Positions 56,705-64,000 of a stretch of 64,000 nucleotides of DNA are shown here, in pieces. The notes beneath the pieces were generated by a model that had not been told where the DNA came from, did not search any database, and saw nothing but the letters and a program-made list of their open reading frames with translations. The first letter of the stretch is position 1. Every line of letters starts with the position of its first letter. The DNA lies in assembly GCA_035288965.1 (NCBI GenBank), contig DATDYQ010000104.1, forward strand, positions 10,089 through 74,088, written 5' to 3'. Source of the DNA: Candidatus Nanoarchaeia archaeon. Its GTDB lineage: Archaea; Nanobdellota; Nanobdellia; SCGC-AAA011-G17; JAGVZF01. The position numbers and the translations under genes were made by a program.

Positions 56705-59047
56705 TTAAGCAACTGTTATTCCGCTAAGGTCTAATGAAGTTCCTGTTACGGTAACTGATGTCTTTCCAGACAATAAGGCTTTTATGTTTGCATCATCGTA
56801 GTTAGCTAACACTACACCAGCTCTTCTAGTGTCTGCTGCTTCCCAGCCTGCTGCAACCAATGCCCAGTTTGCTCCATTAGCTTTCAACTGGATAACTGCT
56901 GTGTCCTGTGCTATTCCAGATGCTGCTCCACATGATCCAGCTGCAACTCCAAGTAAACTTGCTGTTACACTGTTAACACATGGTCCACCAACTGAGATTA
57001 CATTCCAAGAAGCTATGTTTGTTACTTGACTTGCTTTCTTTGGTGTTGGTGCTGTTGTTGTTACACTTGGTGTTTCATCTCCAGAAACTTCTGTTCTAGT
57101 TCCACCGACCTTTGCGATTCCCTGTACTAAATCGCTTGGTATCATTAAGTGTACTCTATCACTTGAACCTTGGCTATCTGGGTTTTCGATGATAACTCCA
57201 AATTTTGTTCTATGGTTTTCATCCTTTGCACCAAGAAGAGTACAAGTAACTCCTGTTGGGCACCAAGATACATCTATTCCCTCAGCTGTACTTCCGCCAG
57301 CAGTTGCTCCAAGTGTTCTAAATTTACCCCCACTTAAAGCCCAAGTTGTGGTTATATTTTCTGTTTCAGCAAAGTCTGTTGTTTCTAACAATCTTAATGT
57401 AATATTGTAGTGCCCTGTTGTTGTTTGGTTTACTGCATTTAAATGCAATTGTGCGTTATTGTTCTTTGTATCTCCAAAGTTTACGTGTGCAAACTTAGTA
57501 GACATATTTCCTTGAACTCCTTCACCACCTTCTGGATCACTTATATTACCTGCATACACTATATCTTTTACATCGTTATCATAGTAAAACAACATAGTTG
57601 CGTTGTGTCTTGCATCAAGTACATCTGTGTAGAAATAAATATCTTTAGTCTTCTTTTCTGTAGTTACATTATTGTCTGCCCAGTTTCTAGAAGTTCCATC
57701 GCTATCTGCATCTACCACTAAACCTTCTGATTGGTCTGTGTAAATGTGTACAGCTTGTGCACTAGAAGGTACTCCTGCGATACCTGCAACAGATAAATCT
57801 GCACTAGATAGATATTCAAACCACAAATCCATGTAATCATCATCTGCTACATTTAATTTATCATAACAGACGCTTACATAATTTTCTGGGTATGAAATAC
57901 ATTCTCCAGCTGCAACAGCTCCTCTAGCTTTAGTATCTCTTAAGAAGTTATTTCTAACTCCAAATTTAATACCTCCAACATAGATTCCTGAGTTGTTGTT
58001 TACAATGCTTGTAGCCGAATTACTCGTTAATGCACCGATGTCCCATTTCCAATCTGGACTTTGTTCTGGTTCTCCAATATAAGAGTCTCCATTTTTATAG
58101 GTCTTTGTAGCTTCTTTTCCAACAATAAGTGTAGCTGATCTTTCAGCTGTTGTATCAGAATAGAATGTTTCATCTACTTTGACGTCAAGTCCGTTTACGG
58201 TTTCTGTACTTCCACCGCTTACAGATTCTTGAACACCATCGACACTTAAGATTACAGATTGTGGGCTTGTTCCAGATGCTACATTGTTTAATGTAACTGT
58301 CTTTCCATCAACTACAATACTTTCTCCAACTTTTAAGAAGTATTCAGCTCCTACATTTGCTGTAAATTGTGTTGCAGATATGGTTGTTATCTTTAATTTT
58401 CTTCCCAAGAAATTTAATTCTAATGGGTAGTTTGTATTTACTGGATTTGCTGAGTCGCTTAAGTTAATGGCTTCATCAAATGCATAGTAGTAATACAATC
58501 CATTTCTTGGTATTTCTAAGAAAATTCCATCTTTATAATCGTCTTCGCCACTTGTCAAGCTTGTCTGGAATGCTGTTCCATTACTTAGGGCATTTATCAC
58601 AACATGTTCGCTAATATCATATTGTGAACTTCTCCAGTTCATTTCTGTGTCAAGTAAGCTTTTTATATCTCCATCGTCTAAGTCTGCATCTATCTGGTTT
58701 GTAGTTGTTAAAGCAACTCCAAGAGGAATATCTTCTTCAACACCACCTGTTATTGTGGTTTTTGTTACAGTTCCTCCGCCTCCACCGCTTCCAGAAGTTA
58801 CAGATCCAGCAATTTTATTAGAAATAGCTGTTAAAGCTACATTATCTTCTGATGCTGCTGTATCACCAAAGACATAAGCTAAATTTTGGTATTTCCCATC
58901 CATAACAAATGGTTTTGGGTAATCACCTAATGTGTAACTTGCTGCTAAAGCTCCGCTCATCGTAGCTCCGAGCATTGCTACACCTGCTCCGACAGCTGCT
59001 ATTTTTCTAATTGCTGTCTTCGCTTTTATCGCAAAGTTTTCTTGCAT
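56705..59047 (-). CDS. S-layer-like major surface protein. The likely start is the ATG at 59047, whereas the ORF track begins at a GTG at 59059.
   Basis: Signal peptide MQENFAIKAKTAIRKIAAVGAGVAMLGATMSGALAA. 'VMDGKYQNLAYVFGDTAASEDNVALTAISNKIAGS' resembles the Methanococcales S_layer_N pattern. C-terminal Cys-containing domain. Markedly GC-richer codon usage. SD GGAGGTG sits 9 nt upstream. Confidence 0.7.
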   Translation of the reverse strand: MQENFAIKAKTAIRKIAAVGAGVAMLGATMSGALAASYTLGDYPKPFVMDGKYQNLAYVFGDTAASEDNVALTAISNKIAGSVTSGSGGGGGTVTKTTITGGVEEDIPLGVALTTTNQIDADLDDGDIKSLLDTEMNWRSSQYDISEHVVINALSNGTAFQTSLTSGEDDYKDGIFLEIPRNGLYYYYAFDEAINLSDSANPVNTNYPLELNFLGRKLKITTISATQFTANVGAEYFLKVGESIVVDGKTVTLNNVASGTSPQSVILSVDGVQESVSGGSTETVNGLDVKVDETFYSDTTAERSATLIVGKEATKTYKNGDSYIGEPEQSPDWKWDIGALTSNSATSIVNNNSGIYVGGIKFGVRNNFLRDTKARGAVAAGECISYPENYVSVCYDKLNVADDDYMDLWFEYLSSADLSVAGIAGVPSSAQAVHIYTDQSEGLVVDADSDGTSRNWADNNVTTEKKTKDIYFYTDVLDARHNATMLFYYDNDVKDIVYAGNISDPEGGEGVQGNMSTKFAHVNFGDTKNNNAQLHLNAVNQTTTGHYNITLRLLETTDFAETENITTTWALSGGKFRTLGATAGGSTAEGIDVSWCPTGVTCTLLGAKDENHRTKFGVIIENPDSQGSSDRVHLMIPSDLVQGIAKVGGTRTEVSGDETPSVTTTAPTPKKASQVTNIASWNVISVGGPCVNSVTASLLGVAAGSCGAASGIAQDTAVIQLKANGANWALVAAGWEAADTRRAGVVLANYDDANIKALLSGKTSVTVTGTSLDLSGITVA

Positions 59048-59059
59048 TTTATAAAACAC

Positions 59060-59066
59060 CTCCGTG
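59060..59066 (-). promoter_or_regulatory. Shine-Dalgarno GGAGGTG for the S-layer-like gene
   Basis: The minus strand reads cacGGAGGTGttttataaaATG. Confidence 0.6.
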
Positions 59067-59104
59067 TTTATATTTTTGTATTTATATCTTGGATCATTAA
59101 TTGC

Positions 59105-59292
59105 ATTTCACGAAGAAGACATCTCCATCTTTTTTTTGGCGTCCTCTCTTTTAGCAATATATCCATAAATCAAAAACTAATGTTTGTTTATAAACATTTA
59201 TCTACTCTAGAATATATTAAAATCCCAATTCATCAAAATTTGGTGTTTATAGACGCTATAACCTAAGATTATCAAAAAAATTTCACGAAGAA
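59105..59292. repeat. Two identical 13-mers, ATTTCACGAAGAA, at 59105-59117 and 59280-59292, in the S-layer/pilin intergenic region
   Basis: Exact GC-containing 13-nt direct repeat, 175 bp apart, in a 263-bp AT-rich spacer. It also contains the palindrome GTTTATAAAC (~59195). Confidence 0.5.
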
Positions 59293-59322
59293 AAGTTCTA
59301 ACTTTTGAGTAAAAATTATCTT

Positions 59323-59757
59323 TCATTTTTCGCAGATTTTTAGTTTGATTTCTAGCTCATTAACAAAGTAAGGACTAGAACTTATTCCTTGCTCACATTT
59401 CCCGAGATTAAAGCAACTTTTATCTTCATTTTTGATTTCTAGCAAATAATTGCTTGTTATTGTTTTATCAAAGATTGATTTAGCTTCTTTTTCTAAAAAA
59501 TCGCAAGCATTCTGTCCGCAAAAATCGCTATTTTCACAACAATTTTTCATAGCTTCTTTTAAATTACTATCACAACTGCTAGCTTTAACTAAAGCATTAA
59601 CTAGATTATTTGCTTTTATGCTATTCAATGTATTATCCTGATTACTTTCAACTTTAGTTATGCTAAATCTTAAAGCAACAATTCCTATTATAATTATGAG
59701 TAATAATACAACTGTTATTCCAATCATATCAATCTGCCCTTTACCCATACCATTCAA
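59323..59757 (-). CDS. Prepilin-like protein with a class III (type IV pilin-like) signal peptide
   Basis: MNGMGKGQ|IDMIGITVVLLLIIIIGIVA. Confidence 0.5.
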   Translation of the reverse strand: MNGMGKGQIDMIGITVVLLLIIIIGIVALRFSITKVESNQDNTLNSIKANNLVNALVKASSCDSNLKEAMKNCCENSDFCGQNACDFLEKEAKSIFDKTITSNYLLEIKNEDKSCFNLGKCEQGISSSPYFVNELEIKLKICEK

Positions 59758-60250
59758 CCTCTAAAACACCTATTTTATACAAATTATCATTAGGATAAAA
59801 TATAGATATTGGAGTACTTACTTTCTTAACACTATCTGCATTAATTGATCCTGCTTCATATAAATCAAATATTCCACAATCTCTTATGTTTCCTTTTTGA
59901 CATATCTCTTCATTAGTTTCAGGGTAGATAACTTTAACAGTTAATTTACTCGCTCCAAATTCTTTTTTATACTCGCTAGAAACTTGGCTAAAAGCTACTA
60001 ATTTTAAAGCATCCAAACAATCTTCTTCTTGTTTATTACTCGTACATTTAAATTCAGCCATGTTTGGCAAATTATTTGTTAGTAAACTAAATCTTTCATC
60101 ATTAAATTTAACATTTTCATTCTTTATGCTTTCTGTAGTAAATCTGTAATAGAAAATAAAAGCTATCATGAAAATAACTACAAAAACAATTAAAACTAGC
60201 ATCGTTTCCTGAATCTGCAATTGTCCTCTTTTTAGTAAATTGTTATGCAT
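59741..60250 (-). CDS. Prepilin-like protein with a class III signal peptide
   Basis: MHNNLLKRGQ|LQIQETMLVLIVFVVIFMIAFIF. Confidence 0.6.
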   Translation of the reverse strand: MHNNLLKRGQLQIQETMLVLIVFVVIFMIAFIFYYRFTTESIKNENVKFNDERFSLLTNNLPNMAEFKCTSNKQEEDCLDALKLVAFSQVSSEYKKEFGASKLTVKVIYPETNEEICQKGNIRDCGIFDLYEAGSINADSVKKVSTPISIFYPNDNLYKIGVLEVEWYG

Positions 60251-61161
60251 CCCTCTCTCCCCAATCTATTATTCTGTTCATCAAGCTCTTTTTCATATAA
60301 ACTCAACAAATCATATTTTTTTTCTTCTATATCATCATTAATTTGATAAAATATGTTACTTGGATAACTACATTTTTTGTCAATCAAATTTGTCCTTTCA
60401 AGATAAATTTTGTTAATTAATCTTATTTTATTGATAGCTTCATTAAATCCGCAATTATAATTATCATTGTTGCTAAATATTGCTGCATATAAAAATTCTT
60501 CATTAAGGTAGGCTATTTCTTCAGATTCTAGAGGATAATTTTCACTTTCTTTAGGCACTGTTGGCATTTTTTGTCCAAAAGAAATTGTTTCTTTATCTAA
60601 ATTAATCACAATATGTTCATAATTCCATAGTGATTGTCGATTTATATTAAAAAAAGCTATAATCTTTGCATCTTCACCAATATCAACTAAACTCTCTGTT
60701 TTTATTACATTAATCTGTTTAGGAATGTCATCTATCAGTTTATCAACAAAATCTTCACTTTTTTTATTATAAAGAAAAACATATTCTTTATCTAAATCAG
60801 CAAAGTAAATAAGATTAGTAATAGGATAAGGGAAATTTAATCTTTTTACCCAAACAAATGCCTTCTCATTAACAGTATCTGCAAATAATATTTTATCATC
60901 AAAGCTTTGACTAAACTCTCCCAAACTTATTTCATTGCAATTAATTTCAACATCTTTACTTCCGATATTTATTTCAGTATACAAATTATTATTATTTAAT
61001 CCATTAATGCCATTATTCAAGCTTCTCACAATATTGGCTTGCTCTCTTTTATCTTGTAATGATTTATATCTTATTCCAAATCCAGCAAAAAATATTAATA
61101 ATATAATTCCAGCAACTAAAATAAAAATCCAGTTAAACTGATAATCTTGTCCTTTTTTCAT
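60232..61161 (-). CDS. Prepilin-like protein with a class III signal peptide
   Basis: MKKGQ|DYQFNWIFILVAGIILLIFFAGF. Confidence 0.6.
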   Translation of the reverse strand: MKKGQDYQFNWIFILVAGIILLIFFAGFGIRYKSLQDKREQANIVRSLNNGINGLNNNNLYTEINIGSKDVEINCNEISLGEFSQSFDDKILFADTVNEKAFVWVKRLNFPYPITNLIYFADLDKEYVFLYNKKSEDFVDKLIDDIPKQINVIKTESLVDIGEDAKIIAFFNINRQSLWNYEHIVINLDKETISFGQKMPTVPKESENYPLESEEIAYLNEEFLYAAIFSNNDNYNCGFNEAINKIRLINKIYLERTNLIDKKCSYPSNIFYQINDDIEEKKYDLLSLYEKELDEQNNRLGREGCITIY

Positions 61162-61640
61162 CTACTAACACTTACATAATCTCCCTTATTCTCTAAAGTT
61201 ATTCTCATATCAGTTACACATAATGGATTTTCTATTGGTTTAATATGTTCAACAAAAAATCTAACTTTACTCAAGCTTTGTCCTCTCTGTGGAACAAAAA
61301 ATAAATTATTTTGGCTTCCCGAATCTAAAGAATCTCTAACAACTTGATCTATTAATTCATCATCAATTATATCATTTAATGGCATATCAACATCAACAAA
61401 ACAAATCTCTCGAACTTTGCTTGGTAATATTATATCATCTAATTTTATTGAACTTCCTTTATCTAAACTATAAACATCATTAACTTTATTTTTAATGCCA
61501 TCAATAAATAAAACAATCTGCCCTTCATCACCCAAATCTTTAAAATTTTTTATTGCTCTATATCCAAATATTACTATCAAACCAATAACAACAATCGCAA
61601 AGATATAAATAAAAATTAACTGATTCTGCCCCTTTTTCAT
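61158..61640 (-). CDS. Prepilin-like protein with a class III signal peptide
   Basis: MKKGQ|NQLIFIYIFAIVVIGLIVIFGY. Confidence 0.6.
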   Translation of the reverse strand: MKKGQNQLIFIYIFAIVVIGLIVIFGYRAIKNFKDLGDEGQIVLFIDGIKNKVNDVYSLDKGSSIKLDDIILPSKVREICFVDVDMPLNDIIDDELIDQVVRDSLDSGSQNNLFFVPQRGQSLSKVRFFVEHIKPIENPLCVTDMRITLENKGDYVSVSR

Positions 61641-61680
61641 ATTTTAAAAAGATTAAACTTTAAATATAAAACTTTCTATC

Positions 61681-62049
61681 TTACAAAGCATCTCTTATCC
61701 TATATCTACCAACCTCCAATACAACGATTTTACCGATTAAATTATTTTCTCCAATATTAACTAAGAAATTTTTTAATATTTTTAAAACTTTATCTGGGGT
61801 AAAATTATTAGGTAATCTTATTATAATCAATCCATAGTGTGTTCCTTTAGGATATAAAATGAAACTACCAAATTCTAGATCTTTAGTGATCAAGATAGAT
61901 TTTTGTTTCTTGGCATAGGTTGCTATATCTTTATCGGTTGCTCCTGTTAAACCAACATTCGCAACATGTTGGGTTTCAAATCCAATATTTCTAAGTTCTA
62001 TAGCAAATGATCTTGGAATATTTTCATCTAAAAAAATTTTCATGTTCAC
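61681..62049 (-). CDS. DUF5615-family PIN-like (Mut7-C-type) putative toxin
   Basis: 'MKIFLDENIPRSFAIELRNIGFETQHVANVGLTGATDKDI...ILITKDLEFG' matches the DUF5615 consensus pattern. Confidence 0.75.
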   Translation of the reverse strand: MNMKIFLDENIPRSFAIELRNIGFETQHVANVGLTGATDKDIATYAKKQKSILITKDLEFGSFILYPKGTHYGLIIIRLPNNFTPDKVLKILKNFLVNIGENNLIGKIVVLEVGRYRIRDAL

Positions 62050-62264
62050 GCATGTATCCGACTTATCTTCTCACCTTTAATCATAGAAGAAGCATATTTA
62101 ATAACTGTAAGTACTTGTTCTTTTGTAATCCCATATTCTTTTTTTATTTCATCATAATCCATACCACTTTCTAGCATCCCGAGTACTTCATCTACTGTTA
62201 TTCTAGTTCCTTTTATTATAGGTTTTCCATGACGTATATTTTTATCAATTGTAATTTTTGCCAT
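62046..62264 (-). CDS. DUF433-domain putative antitoxin. The likely start is the internal ATG giving MAKITID, whereas the ORF track extends to 62303.
   Basis: 'RHGKPIIKGTRITVDEVLGMLESGMDYDEIKKEYGITKEQVLTVIKYA' is the classical DUF433 motif. It overlaps the DUF5615 gene by 4 nt. Confidence 0.7.
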   Translation of the reverse strand: MAKITIDKNIRHGKPIIKGTRITVDEVLGMLESGMDYDEIKKEYGITKEQVLTVIKYASSMIKGEKISRIHA

Positions 62265-62443
62265 ATTTATTAAAAGGTAAGTTAAATATATAAGCTTTAT
62301 CATTCATAAAAATTATATGTTAGAAAAGAAGAAAACAGGTGAAGGACTAGAAAAATATTTTGGACTAATAAAAGATGATAAAGAATCTGTTAAGTTAACG
62401 GAAGAATTAAAAAAAGGTTGGAAAAGATGGACCAAAAGATATT

Positions 62444-64000
62444 CTAAGGATAAACAGTAAAGCTAGCTTCATTTTCAAATCTATCTCTGCATATTATATA
62501 ATAAGCATTATTTTCGTCTAAGGCAGCCTTATGTAACTTGCTATCATCATCTGGCATTCTATTTCCATTTCCAAAACTAAATGGTAAATTATTATATTCG
62601 CAAATTGAATCTTCATCCATCTCAACATATAATCTAGTTGAATCAGTATAAATCTTCTTAACACTTGGTGGAATTTCATCAATTTCTACGGTAAAATTAG
62701 TCCTTCCTATAGCTTCATTTCCCGCTATATCTCTACACCAAACTTTAGGATCATAATATCCTTTTTGTAATCCAACAAATTCATAACTATGTTCAGTTGA
62801 ATTTGTTGCATCAAACTTAGTACTTCCAGGGTCAAAATAATCATTAAATGTCCAATAACAATTTGCTCTTCCTTCTTCCGCCCCTCTTACTGTAGTTGTA
62901 GTTAAATTAAATCTCTTGTCAAATATTGTTCCACTAGGTTCAACATTAGTAATGTTTAATGCTCTTGAAACAAATAAATGCAATCCTCCTGCAGGATAAC
63001 TTGCATCTCTATTTACATTTCCATTAATGTCTTGACATCTGAAATAATAAACATTATCTTGTTCATTCTGTAATCCGCCTAATATTCCACCACAAGCATA
63101 TAATCTTCCATAAATTGTATCTATTCTTGAATCTCCGCAACTTAAATTGTTCAACATCTTTTGATAACTTTCATCTTTACTTGAATATTTACATCCGCCA
63201 TTCGCAATTAATTCACTTTCATCATCAACATAAGCAGCTATTGTAATATTCTTGGTATTAAATTTCAACTTGGCATTATTTATGATATTAAATCCTTTCA
63301 CAATTGGACTTCCTGTATCTGGACCTTTAGCAATTGTAAATCCAATTTTATAATCACTTCCTGTAACAATCTCCCTATTATTTTCATCTGTATTTGCACT
63401 TTTACATCTAACATATAAATCATAATCTCCTGAATCACTTATTGCAATTATATCATCTTCAGCCTCATTTATTATCGGAACTGTAAATATATGTTCTTTT
63501 TTGTATTGATTATCTCCAAAGAAATCGCTCATTCTATTATATTCAACAACAGAATCACTTCCTAAACTTCTTTCTTTGCTTACCTTACATTGACTTATTT
63601 TATCTGTTTTAATTCCAATCTGTAAATCTCTATATTCTTGTTCTCCACTTATAACATACCCATTAGCTTGTGTTTGAATATCCTCATTTGTTATAGGATC
63701 AACAGCCAATGGGTTTATTACAGGAGCAATAACATCTCCTTTGTTTACCCAAGTACAAGTTTCATTTCCACTTCCTTTATTTAATAATTGACAACTTTGT
63801 CCTAAACTAGTGCATTTATAATCATCACATTTTTCATAATCAGTATTGCATTTTTCGCAATCATTTCCGCCAGCAGGAGCAACATAAGGATCACAGCTTA
63901 TTGTGTAAGTTAATGTTTTTGTAGCTGAGAAAAAATATGTAATCAAGAAATATACAGCAAATGCAGATAATACAACTATAACAATTGGATTAGAAAGGAA
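62444..64000 (-). CDS. Partial (5' end beyond the window) large Cys-rich extracellular protein with an N-terminal hydrophobic segment
   Basis: The frame is open to the window edge (…FLSNPIVIVVLSAFAVYFLITYFF…). The 'M' in the ORF track is a TTG. Numerous Cys pairs (CDPYVAPAGGNDCEKCNTDYEKCDDYKC). Confidence 0.5.
   Translation of the reverse strand, partial: FLSNPIVIVVLSAFAVYFLITYFFSATKTLTYTISCDPYVAPAGGNDCEKCNTDYEKCDDYKCTSLGQSCQLLNKGSGNETCTWVNKGDVIAPVINPLAVDPITNEDIQTQANGYVISGEQEYRDLQIGIKTDKISQCKVSKERSLGSDSVVEYNRMSDFFGDNQYKKEHIFTVPIINEAEDDIIAISDSGDYDLYVRCKSANTDENNREIVTGSDYKIGFTIAKGPDTGSPIVKGFNIINNAKLKFNTKNITIAAYVDDESELIANGGCKYSSKDESYQKMLNNLSCGDSRIDTIYGRLYACGGILGGLQNEQDNVYYFRCQDINGNVNRDASYPAGGLHLFVSRALNITNVEPSGTIFDKRFNLTTTTVRGAEEGRANCYWTFNDYFDPGSTKFDATNSTEHSYEFVGLQKGYYDPKVWCRDIAGNEAIGRTNFTVEIDEIPPSVKKIYTDSTRLYVEMDEDSICEYNNLPFSFGNGNRMPDDDSKLHKAALDENNAYYIICRDRFENEASFTVYP

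Noticed and set aside
56705-59059. The GC-richer S-layer-like gene as a horizontally acquired island
   Set aside because: No flanking mobility genes or direct repeats bracket it. Only the ORF is GC-shifted. A strong SD and a long leader fit a highly expressed native gene better. This was not excluded, and it is listed as an alternative in the finding.
59105-59292. The 13-nt direct repeats as target-site duplications or ends of a mobile element
   Set aside because: Only 175 bp separate them, with no ORF between. No transposase or inverted terminal repeats were seen.
1-64000. CRISPR array or cas genes
   Set aside because: No regularly spaced direct repeats were seen in any intergenic region. 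No Cas-like proteins were seen among the translations.

Overview
This is an AT-rich window (roughly 70% A+T by eye) that looks archaeal. The evidence is an intron-containing tRNA, four 'K/R-G-Q' class-III prepilin-like signal peptides, and an S-layer-like protein whose N-terminus resembles the Methanococcales S_layer_N pattern. About 0.2-48.5 kb is one large, tightly packed surface-glycan biosynthesis island. It carries at least 12 glycosyltransferase genes: GT2/DPM1-like, GT4, GT9 heptosyltransferase-like, and membrane GT-C proteins. It has a nonulosonic-acid module with two NeuB paralogues and two CMP-sugar cytidylyltransferase domains, both inside unusual fusions, plus two TagB/TagF-like GT-B proteins. 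An HldE-domain-I-like heptose-7-P kinase sits beside the GT9 genes. A WbpB/WbpE/WbpD-like oxidoreductase, aminotransferase and acetyltransferase set is present but scattered. Other members are NanE, an O-carbamoyltransferase, a CE4 deacetylase, several SAM methyltransferases, a Wzx-like flippase, an EamA transporter and four radical-SAM enzymes, three of them B12-binding. 48.7-53.8 kb encodes N-x-S/T-saturated, C-terminally anchored surface proteins, the likely glycan acceptors. After that come tRNA-Ser(UGA) with a short intron, the S-layer-like gene with visibly GC-richer codon usage, an operon of four prepilin-like genes, and two toxin-antitoxin-like pairs (HEPN/MNT and DUF433/DUF5615). I recognised no CRISPR array, rRNA, transposase or integrase. 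All calls come from reading the six-frame translations against remembered family motifs. No database search was run.
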